DNA of 53,620 nt, taken from the IMG/VR virus record IMGVR_UViG_3300032323_001239, positions 1 through 53,620 of that record. The stretch is one strand, 5' to 3'. The notes beneath the pieces are model-generated. The model did not search any database and was not told the DNA's origin. It worked only from the letters and a program-made list of their open reading frames with translations. This document shows, one piece after another, positions 47,301 to 53,620 of the stretch. The first letter of the stretch is position 1; each line of letters starts with the position of its first letter. The translations under genes and the position numbers were made by a program. The DNA comes from a virus. Its lineage: Duplodnaviria; Caudoviricetes.

Positions 47301-48356
47301 ATGAACTCATTTAAGAAAGTATCGCTAATCATCGCTGCAGCCCTGACTAGCACAATGCTTGTAACGCCAGCGGCTCAGGCTAATGCTGGAACTGTTACCC
47401 TAACGGTAGCAGGATCTGCAGCAACAGGTGGAACAGTAGTTGGAACACCTGTAGCACTACCAGTACCAGCAGATAACAGTATCGATGCAGCAGATGCATT
47501 GCGTATTGCAGTAACATCAGTAGACACTGGAACAGTAGTAACAGCAGTTGCAACTAATGCAACAATTGTTCCTGCTCTAGCAACACCAACAGCACCAGTA
47601 ACCGCTTCAAGCGGTTCATCAACACTTTCAGTTTCAACAGGAACTGGAAATTCAGCAGACTTTTTTGTATATACTAAGTCTACGGCAGTAGGAACAGTTG
47701 CGATTACTCGTGCTGGAACTACAACAGTTTATTATGTACAAGGCACAGCAGGTGCCTTAAACTCAATTGCTATTACAGCGCCATCCTCTGGAGCAGCAGG
47801 AACCGTTGCAACACTTAGAGTAGCAGGATACGATGTATTCGGAAACCTAAGAGGCGGGTCAACAATTAACACTCTCGTAAGCTCAAACGGTGCAGCCGTT
47901 GTTACAGCGCTTACAACAGATACAGCAGTAGCAACACTTGGAACTAAGGATCAGACAGTCACTCTTCCTGCTTCAGGTCAAGTTGTAGTTACAGCATACG
48001 CAACAGTAGCAGCAGCCGTAACAGGTCTTACAACACCAGTAGGTTCTGTAGTTGCAACAATTGCAGTCCGTGATCTTGCAGGTGAGCTTGCAGCAAGAAC
48101 AGCAGAACTAGCAGTTGCTAATGCAGCACTGGCTTCAGAAAGAGCTGGACGTGCAGCAGACAAGGTAGCCTCAGATAAGGCACTTGCAGATGCAGCAGCA
48201 AAGTTTGCGACTGACTCAGCAACAGCAACAACTGCAGTAGCAGCAGCAAAAGCGCAAGCAGCACTGGCTAGAGCAGCCTTTGTAGCAGAGTACAACGCCC
48301 TAGCAAAGAAGTGGAATGCAAAGAATCCACGTGCAAAGGTTAAGCTAAAGAAGTAA
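47301..48356 (+). CDS. Secreted Ala/Thr/Val-rich surface protein (Ig-like repeats, basic C-terminal helix)
   Basis: Signal peptide; beta-strand-rich body; coiled coil; C-terminus YNALAKKWNAKNPRAKVKLKK; strong SD. Confidence 0.75.
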   Translation: MNSFKKVSLIIAAALTSTMLVTPAAQANAGTVTLTVAGSAATGGTVVGTPVALPVPADNSIDAADALRIAVTSVDTGTVVTAVATNATIVPALATPTAPVTASSGSSTLSVSTGTGNSADFFVYTKSTAVGTVAITRAGTTTVYYVQGTAGALNSIAITAPSSGAAGTVATLRVAGYDVFGNLRGGSTINTLVSSNGAAVVTALTTDTAVATLGTKDQTVTLPASGQVVVTAYATVAAAVTGLTTPVGSVVATIAVRDLAGELAARTAELAVANAALASERAGRAADKVASDKALADAAAKFATDSATATTAVAAAKAQAALARAAFVAEYNALAKKWNAKNPRAKVKLKK

Positions 48357-48383
48357 TGCTAGCACTCTAGCAAAGACTTTACT

Positions 48384-48426
48384 AAAAGCTGGGGATAATG
48401 TATAATTATGTTATCTCCAGCTTTTT
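48384..48426. terminator. Bidirectional terminator-like inverted repeat
   Basis: AAAAGCTGGGGATAA..TTATCTCCAGCTTTT, with TATAAT in the loop. Confidence 0.7.
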
Positions 48427-48445
48427 ACCTAACAGAAAGAAGTAA

Positions 48446-49219
48446 ATGAAAAAAAATAATAAGGGCCCGATTACTGTTTACTGGGCACCGCATTCAATAG
48501 CAGAAGACGATGATACAGGCGTTGTAGGTAATTGGAACATGATGTATCATGAGCCTACCAATGTGTTTAAGTATTGGGCTGAATTTGATATAAAGTCCGA
48601 AGACAAAATACAAGACTCTTTTATAAAATGTCCAGCGTTTAAAAATTTAAGCAAGAACATATACTCTTGGCCATGGCCTTTTGATTCAAGCTATTCATAT
48701 AATTCTCATTCAGGACTTCGTGATCAAATAGAGATTAACTCATTAACAGAACACTTTGTTGCATGTCACCCACCAAGAAACCAAACAATGACAACTGGCC
48801 CAAACATTGAATTCTCATATAGACTACATATGTTTGCAGAAGAGCCCCTTGAGGTTATGCTAACTGGACCATATCTACAGCAGGTAGAGTATATGAAGTA
48901 TGGATTCTTAACAAGCGGTCAGTTTGATATTGGTCAATGGTTTAGAACTTTAAATGTAGAGATACAGCTATATGGAAATCAGGGAGAAATTCATTTTAAA
49001 AAAGATGAGCCTATATTTTATGTAAACTTTTTAACTGATCGTAAAATAATTTTTAAACGATTTGAGTTGACTAAAGAAATTGATACTTATTCAAGAAAAT
49101 GCATTAATGCAAAAAGCATGTTTGGATACAAATTGCCACTAGTTGATTCTTATAAAATTTTTAATAAGAGCAGGACAAGAGATATATTGCTTAAAAAAAT
49201 TAAAGAAAATTTAATTTAA
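48446..49219 (+). CDS. DUF6065-like (dUTPase-like beta fold) protein
   Basis: KCPAF..GQFDIGQWFR..FKKDEPI pattern. Confidence 0.5.
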   Translation: MKKNNKGPITVYWAPHSIAEDDDTGVVGNWNMMYHEPTNVFKYWAEFDIKSEDKIQDSFIKCPAFKNLSKNIYSWPWPFDSSYSYNSHSGLRDQIEINSLTEHFVACHPPRNQTMTTGPNIEFSYRLHMFAEEPLEVMLTGPYLQQVEYMKYGFLTSGQFDIGQWFRTLNVEIQLYGNQGEIHFKKDEPIFYVNFLTDRKIIFKRFELTKEIDTYSRKCINAKSMFGYKLPLVDSYKIFNKSRTRDILLKKIKENLI

Positions 49220-49356
49220 TGAGCATAGAGGAATATCAAGATGAAAGAATTAGGCGGCAAATCTCTAATGAGATAAGAGGTCTAGAGCTACCTCCAGAAT
49301 GGAGACCTAGCGAAGTGATAAGGTATATTGTAAGAATAATAGAAAAAGGAGTATAA
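49219..49356 (+). CDS. Hypothetical protein (45 aa; not in ORF track)
   Basis: MSIEEYQDERIRRQISNEIRGLELPPEWRPSEVIRYIVRIIEKGV; TAATG coupling. Confidence 0.55.
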   Translation: MSIEEYQDERIRRQISNEIRGLELPPEWRPSEVIRYIVRIIEKGV

Positions 49357-49361
49357 TTAGT

Positions 49362-49562
49362 ATGTTTAAGAAATTAAGACTATGGTTGCTGGAACAACAG
49401 GTTAAAGCCATGATAAATCAAGGTGAAGGCAACGGAAAGGTAGAAAAGATGAGCACAGCAAAGAAGACTGCCCCAGTTAAGAAGGCTACGGTCAAGAAGG
49501 CACCAGTCAAGAAGGCTACAGTCAAGAAGACAGCCCCTAAGAAGACTACAAAAAAGAAGTAA
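49362..49562 (+). CDS. Histone-H1-like lysine-rich protein
   Basis: KKTAPVKKATVKKAPVKKATVKKTAPKKTTKKK; the true start may be at 49449. Confidence 0.7.
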   Translation: MFKKLRLWLLEQQVKAMINQGEGNGKVEKMSTAKKTAPVKKATVKKAPVKKATVKKTAPKKTTKKK

Positions 49563-49684
49563 TGTCTTTAGGAGAAGTATGCGAAGTGGCGGGATGCTCT
49601 AAAATAGCCTCCCGCCTAACCACAACCGAGACAAAATACATAGTAGTTTGTGACGATTGTTGGAATAACAAGTATAGAATTTAA
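49562..49684 (+). CDS. Zinc-binding microprotein (40 aa)
   Basis: CEVAGC..VCDDC; TAATG coupling. Confidence 0.55.
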   Translation: MSLGEVCEVAGCSKIASRLTTTETKYIVVCDDCWNNKYRI

Positions 49685-49751
49685 AAATGCTATAATAGAG
49701 GGATAGATGGATTTCTAGACCCATCTAAATACAACCTATAGGAGTAATAAA

Positions 49752-49913
49752 ATGACAGACGGAATTAACTTAACAGGATTTAACGAAACAAAGCCAGCAG
49801 CAAAAAACTCAATTGATGCATCTGGAGACTACTCACCAGCTACAGGATCATTCCCAGCAGCAGCAGACAAGTCATCACAAGATGGTGCAGGTCTCGGAAA
49901 CAACGGTAAGTAA
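49752..49913 (+). CDS. Low-complexity microprotein (53 aa)
   Basis: Own promoter, leader hairpin and SD AGGAG; MTDGINLTGFNETKPAAKNSIDASG.. Confidence 0.65.
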   Translation: MTDGINLTGFNETKPAAKNSIDASGDYSPATGSFPAAADKSSQDGAGLGNNGK

Positions 49914-49915
49914 TC

Positions 49916-50065
49916 ATGTCAGAGAATAAAGAAAAAGACATCGTTGAAACACCAGTTGTAGAGGCTAAGCCAGAAATTAAGGTAGAGCCTAAAGTAGAGT
50001 CAGCACCAGCTGCTGATTCTGTTGTAGATTACTGGGCTAACGCCTGGGCTAATCGAGGCGTATAA
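49916..50065 (+). CDS. Microprotein (49 aa)
   Basis: MSENKEKDIVETPVVEAKPE..YWANAWANRGV. Confidence 0.55.
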   Translation: MSENKEKDIVETPVVEAKPEIKVEPKVESAPAADSVVDYWANAWANRGV

Positions 50066-50169
50066 TGTGCATTGAATGCGGATGTGAAGCATTAGGTAGC
50101 GAGACTGGCATTGTTCCAGTTACAGTTACTGATGTTTCAAGTGATGGAGAATCAGGCTTAACAAAATGA
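50065..50169 (+). CDS. Microprotein (34 aa) with N-terminal MCxxCGC
   Basis: MCIECGCEALGSETGIVPV..; coupled on both sides. Confidence 0.55.
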   Translation: MCIECGCEALGSETGIVPVTVTDVSSDGESGLTK

Positions 50170-50366
50170 GCGAAAACGGAACAGGCACACCAACAGCGCC
50201 AATCTCTGAACCATCAGGAGCCTTAACAAGTCGAGAAGTACCAAGAAAGTATCCTAAGCAAGGAACAAGATCTGGAATCAAGATCGATCAAAATAAACAC
50301 GGTATACGAAGAGAAACATCGCTAGATCCAAGGCCACAAAAAAAGGGCAGACCTAAAAAAGTATAA
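50166..50366 (+). CDS. Small basic, probably disordered protein
   Basis: ATGA coupling; ends KKGRPKKV (AT-hook-like GRP). Confidence 0.6.
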   Translation: MSENGTGTPTAPISEPSGALTSREVPRKYPKQGTRSGIKIDQNKHGIRRETSLDPRPQKKGRPKKV

Positions 50367-50371
50367 ACAAA

Positions 50372-50399
50372 AATATGGCCTCAGAAATGGGGCCATATT
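50372..50399 (+). terminator. Terminator hairpin with GAAA tetraloop
   Basis: AATATGGCCTCA-GAAA-TGGGGCCATATT. Confidence 0.75.
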
Positions 50400-50414
50400 A
50401 GTTTAAGGATAATT

Positions 50415-50504
50415 ATGTGTAAGAATTGCGGTAACTGTTCATCAGAACATGGCGGAAGAACAATAGATGACGCAGTAGATGAAGTATTAGATTCACCAAT
50501 ATAG
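50415..50504 (+). CDS. Cys-rich microprotein (29 aa)
   Basis: SD AAGGA; MCKNCGNCSSEH.. Confidence 0.5.
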   Translation: MCKNCGNCSSEHGGRTIDDAVDEVLDSPI

Positions 50505-50543
50505 TCTATTGACTATATTGTCTACATTAGATAGAATAGACTT

Positions 50544-51245
50544 ATGGCAAAAAGAATATATTTTTCAAAAAGTGACGGAACAGAAGCTGTTTATAACCCT
50601 GCACCTGCAAGCAAAATTATACCTGAATGGTACAAGAATGCTAAGTCATATTTAAATAATGAAAAAAAGCCAAGCATAGATCAAGCATTTGTTACTATTA
50701 AGAAATGCGTTCCCGTATTTGATTCAATAACAGCAGGATATTTAATTTTATTAGGTCGAGATGTTTACTGCGAACAAACAGAGACAGGACCATTTTTTCA
50801 TTGGAGAACTGAAGGTTCGGATGAGACCGAAAGGGTTCTTACACAGCATACTGACTTTCAGGTTCAAAGTCACCCAGACAATGTGTCTGGACATCAGCTT
50901 AAAATTGAAAACCAGTGGATAATTAAAACGGAGCCAGGATACTCTTGTTTAATTGTACCTCCAATGCATAGGGACAACAAAATTATAATTCTTCCAGCAA
51001 TCGTTGATACGGATAGGTATTATGAAAAGATTAACCTACCATTTAACCTTAAAGACAATAAGTTTGAAGGAATGATAGAGGCGGGTACCCCTATAGCCCA
51101 GATCATTCCATTTAAAAGAGAATCTCATAAGATGGAAGTAGTACCTTTAGATAAAAAAAGAAGCTTAAATAATCAAAGAAATGTTTCCTCAAAGCTGTTT
51201 GATGCCTACAGAAACCTATTCTGGCAAAGAAAGGAATACAAATAA
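50544..51245 (+). CDS. DUF6065-like (dUTPase-like beta fold) protein
   Basis: PEWYK, TIKKCVP..D..TAGY, WIIKT.PGYS, VDTD and GTPIAQIIPFKRE motifs; leaderless promoter. Confidence 0.6.
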   Translation: MAKRIYFSKSDGTEAVYNPAPASKIIPEWYKNAKSYLNNEKKPSIDQAFVTIKKCVPVFDSITAGYLILLGRDVYCEQTETGPFFHWRTEGSDETERVLTQHTDFQVQSHPDNVSGHQLKIENQWIIKTEPGYSCLIVPPMHRDNKIIILPAIVDTDRYYEKINLPFNLKDNKFEGMIEAGTPIAQIIPFKRESHKMEVVPLDKKRSLNNQRNVSSKLFDAYRNLFWQRKEYK

Positions 51246-51418
51246 TGCAATACAAAGTTTTTGATGAACCTATTACTCTTATTGTTAAAACAAAGCGACC
51301 AGAAAAGTGGTTGCTTGTAGATAGAGAAACTGGAACGGCTTATCAGGGTAGCCCAAAAGGACATTGGGATAGACTAGATCCATATATAAAAACTATTGAC
51401 GATACTCCTCAAATATAG
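51245..51418 (+). CDS. Hypothetical protein (57 aa)
   Basis: MQYKVFDEPITLIVKTKRPEKWLLVDRETG..; TAATG coupling. Confidence 0.6.
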   Translation: MQYKVFDEPITLIVKTKRPEKWLLVDRETGTAYQGSPKGHWDRLDPYIKTIDDTPQI

Positions 51419-51430
51419 TATACTGAATAT

Positions 51431-51538
51431 ATGAGAGAGCCTAAAATTATGAAGATGGACTGGCGTTCATTGGGCTATTGGCCTGTCTATAAAGATGGAA
51501 AGCTTACATGGGAAAAGGATCCAGACAATGGAGAATAG
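51431..51538 (+). CDS. Microprotein (35 aa), leaderless
   Basis: TTGACG-17-TATACT-6-ATG; MREPKIMKMDWRSLGYWPVYKDG.. Confidence 0.55.
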   Translation: MREPKIMKMDWRSLGYWPVYKDGKLTWEKDPDNGE

Positions 51539-51692
51539 ATACGATAACCTAACATGGGCGGAAGGCGATACTTGGTATGGCTGGGTATACAGTCCAGAAA
51601 AAAAGCGTTATTATTTTGATGATATTGGTAGCAAATCATTAATAGAATTGTGGGAAGGCCACTGGGCTTGGGAAGAGGCGAAAGCTAAATGA
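51528..51692 (+). CDS. Trp-rich hypothetical protein
   Basis: ORF track; ATG at 51528 after AAGGA. Confidence 0.55.
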   Translation: MENRYDNLTWAEGDTWYGWVYSPEKKRYYFDDIGSKSLIELWEGHWAWEEAKAK

Positions 51693-51775
51693 AGCCATTT
51701 TTAATTCTTATGCTAGGTCTATTTATATTCCTTAACTACATGGCTTGGCTACAACAACAGAGAATGGGTGCATGA
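51689..51775 (+). CDS. Single-TM microprotein (28 aa)
   Basis: MKPFLILMLGLFIFLNYMAWLQQQRMGA; ATGA overlaps on both sides. Confidence 0.5.
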   Translation: MKPFLILMLGLFIFLNYMAWLQQQRMGA

Positions 51776-52005
51776 TGTATTGGTCTTATGTATTAGCAGC
51801 AATTGGTGTTACAGGCATATTCTTTGTAGGGCGGAAGACAATCTGGGGATGGCTAGTATTATTACTAAATGAATGCTTATGGATTATCTATGCTGTAACA
51901 ACCAAACAGTATGGCTTTATCTTTGCAGCAATTGCTTATGGAATAGTCTATATTAAGTCTTACTTATTATGGAGACGTGAAGCTGAAAAAGGTGTATGGC
52001 TATGA
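51772..52005 (+). CDS. PnuC/SemiSWEET-like three-TM membrane protein
   Basis: Three TM helices, K..WGW..N.LWI.Y....QYG..W pattern. Confidence 0.6.
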   Translation: MMYWSYVLAAIGVTGIFFVGRKTIWGWLVLLLNECLWIIYAVTTKQYGFIFAAIAYGIVYIKSYLLWRREAEKGVWL

Positions 52006-52142
52006 AGAATCTAATTAAATCTATTATATGTCAATTTAAAAGCCATGTGCTAGTTCCTGCTGGATCATGCCCATTTACGGGCAGGACTTATGAGATGTGC
52101 ACTAGATGTACGGCTATGATACCTCTAGAGAGCCTTGAATGA
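52002..52142 (+). CDS. Cys/His microprotein (46 aa)
   Basis: C.FK.H..CPFTG..CTRC; ATGA coupling. Confidence 0.55.
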   Translation: MKNLIKSIICQFKSHVLVPAGSCPFTGRTYEMCTRCTAMIPLESLE

Positions 52143-52276
52143 CCAGTTGTCCTATATGTTACTGCGTGGTGGAAGAAAAGTTTATGTCCATGCATATCAT
52201 GTGGCATGAGGAACCTGATGAAGAAGAATCTCACGCTGAGCATGTTCCAATTAACCAAGTGAAGTATGAGTTCTGA
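52139..52276 (+). CDS. C2H2-like microprotein (45 aa)
   Basis: MTSCPIC..MSMHIMWH..; ATGA coupling. Confidence 0.5.
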   Translation: MTSCPICYCVVEEKFMSMHIMWHEEPDEEESHAEHVPINQVKYEF

Positions 52277-52454
52277 TCCACTATATACGTATGGATTCTT
52301 TTGCAAGAAAGATAAATCTATTATGACCCTAGAGCTATCTAAAGAACTAGACTATATTCCTAGTTGCCTAAAATGTAACTCTAATATGATCATAAGATAC
52401 TCTATAGATAATAATGGTAGTATATGGATGAACTCAGCAATAATGCATGAATAA
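52266..52454 (+). CDS. Zinc-ribbon-like hypothetical protein
   Basis: Y.Y.FFC..PSCLKCNSNM. Confidence 0.5.
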   Translation: MSSDPLYTYGFFCKKDKSIMTLELSKELDYIPSCLKCNSNMIIRYSIDNNGSIWMNSAIMHE

Positions 52455-52486
52455 AGTGAAAAAGTGCGGCGGAAAGTAGAAGCCTC

Positions 52487-52515
52487 TTGTCAGTACCTGA
52501 CATCTGTGCTATACT
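52487..52515 (+). promoter_or_regulatory. Promoter with operator-like palindrome
   Basis: TTGTCA-17-TATACT with extended TG; TGTCAG-TAC-CTGACA inverted repeat over the -35 box. Confidence 0.6.
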
Positions 52516-52529
52516 GATTATAGTAACAA

Positions 52530-52600
52530 TTTGGGTTCGTCTAATGGTCGGACACCCGTTTCCGAAACGGATAATATAGGTCCGATTCCTGTACCCAAAG
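52530..52600 (+). tRNA. Atypical tRNA with CCG (Arg) anticodon in a Gln-like body
   Basis: Acceptor TTTGGGT/ACCCAAA; D stem GTCT/GGAC; anticodon loop TT-CCG-AA; T arm ATAGG-TCCGATT-CCTGT. Confidence 0.65.
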
Positions 52601-52621
52601 CAATTAAAAAGCGGGGAACCA

Positions 52622-52873
52622 ATGGCATATAGCAGATTTACCAATAGCGATATATACATATACCCAAGCGTATCTGGACATATAGAATGTGCAGCATGCT
52701 ATCTAAATGAACCAGAGGATGAATATTCTCTATTCTCATCATCTGTAAGCATAACCAATGATGATCAATTAAGAGCTCATCTGGAAGAACATGCCAAAGC
52801 TAGTCATGATATGCCAGAGAACTTGCTTCAAGAGATCCTGGCTGATCCAGACAGATATGGCAAATATGAATAA
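52622..52873 (+). CDS. Hypothetical protein
   Basis: MAYSRF..SDIYIY..IECAAC..HLEEH..GH-like pattern. Confidence 0.65.
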   Translation: MAYSRFTNSDIYIYPSVSGHIECAACYLNEPEDEYSLFSSSVSITNDDQLRAHLEEHAKASHDMPENLLQEILADPDRYGKYE

Positions 52874-53255
52874 CGATATAGACTGTTTATATCTCTGGAA
52901 GTCATGGTCCAAATTTGAACCCAACAACCCATATGTGCTAAATGCCAAAGATAAAATGGCGGGATACACCAGAGAAGACTGGATATCTATGAGTGTAGAA
53001 GCAACAACAATGATGGAAGATATGGGCTATATAGTAAAGAATAACCTAGGAGAGTTTACAGAGGATATATTTGATACCCTATGCTCACATTTGCAAAACT
53101 GGTTCTTTGAGGTAGATAAAGCCCTAATAGATAGATTTGCCATATTTAGCATATCTGTCCCAGAATACATATCATTTTTAAATAAGTATGGAGATGGACT
53201 AAATCTCTATTTCTACAGGATGTGTCAGAGATACTCTGCCAAGCTGTCAATATAG
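52866..53255 (+). CDS. TipAS-like (antibiotic-recognition domain) protein
   Basis: YTREDW..HLQNWFF..PEY..F.NKYGDGLNLYF...Y pattern; about 129 aa, all-helical. Confidence 0.5.
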   Translation: MNNDIDCLYLWKSWSKFEPNNPYVLNAKDKMAGYTREDWISMSVEATTMMEDMGYIVKNNLGEFTEDIFDTLCSHLQNWFFEVDKALIDRFAIFSISVPEYISFLNKYGDGLNLYFYRMCQRYSAKLSI

Positions 53256-53620
53256 TCCATACCATTATATCCCCCCGCCCATAAACATCGCTCATATAGC
53301 CTCCTAGACCCCTTATAAATGGAGTAAAGTGGAGCATTGTGGAGAATAAATACTATAGATACATTATCAATTACTATACTTATATGTAGTTAGATATATG
53401 TATGTAATTGAGCATACCATATACATAAACGTAATGTCAATAGATCCATTTGCAGAATATACCCATGTCTACTATATTTCAGGGATTTTGTCAATAGCCT
53501 CGTAAATGGCATATTTGGCCCACATTGTCAATAGATTTTCATAGAAAAATTCTGACAAATTCTGGCCTATTTTGCACATATTATGTTAGATTCAATATAC
53601 ATTCTATATCGATCTATATA
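53256..53620. other. Non-coding AT-rich region with phased TGGAG repeats and repeated TGTCAATAG
   Basis: No credible ORF; TGGAG at 53320/53330/53340; TGTCAATA at 53245, 53435, 53489 and 53526. Confidence 0.6.

Noticed and set aside
788-53337. Numerous minus-strand ORFs of 60-160 aa in the ORF track
   Set aside because: They are almost all antisense shadows of well-supported plus-strand genes, with no motifs or ribosome-binding sites.

Overview
This window is a 53.6-kb, AT-rich, almost entirely plus-strand segment of a large lytic siphovirus-type dsDNA phage. A WhiB gene, a short-variable-arm tRNA-Leu(TAA) and many leaderless genes point to an actinobacterial host. The gene order resembles large Streptomyces-type and freshwater actinophages (inference). 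Modules from left to right are: (1) tail genes, comprising the end of the tail tube gene, tail assembly chaperones with a -1 slippery site, a 2743-aa tape measure protein, minor tail proteins and an S74-chaperone tail fibre; (2) replication and recombination genes (metallophosphoesterase, DnaB, primase, SSB, DnaE, MazG, RecA, Hjc-like nuclease, Cas4-like exonuclease, RuvC); (3) terminase subunits; (4) a tRNA cluster, Hsp20 and a thermonuclease; (5) a second fibre-like gene, a secreted PA14/coiled-coil protein and a lysis cassette; (6) an accessory region with WhiB, HslV-like and S8 proteases, thioredoxin, a surface protein, many microproteins, an atypical tRNA and a TipAS-like protein; (7) a non-coding, repeat-bearing end. 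The most notable candidate system is the tape measure protein, which carries about three non-ruler cargo segments, one a HipA/PI3K-like kinase fold. These segments are bracketed by a repeated (F/Y/R)-x-x-GG motif, which suggests an injected and possibly processed effector polyprotein. Other notable signals are a pseudoknotted non-coding leader, a Gln-like tRNA with an Arg anticodon, systematic leaderless promoters and operator-like palindromes. All calls come from motif recognition by eye; no database search was run.
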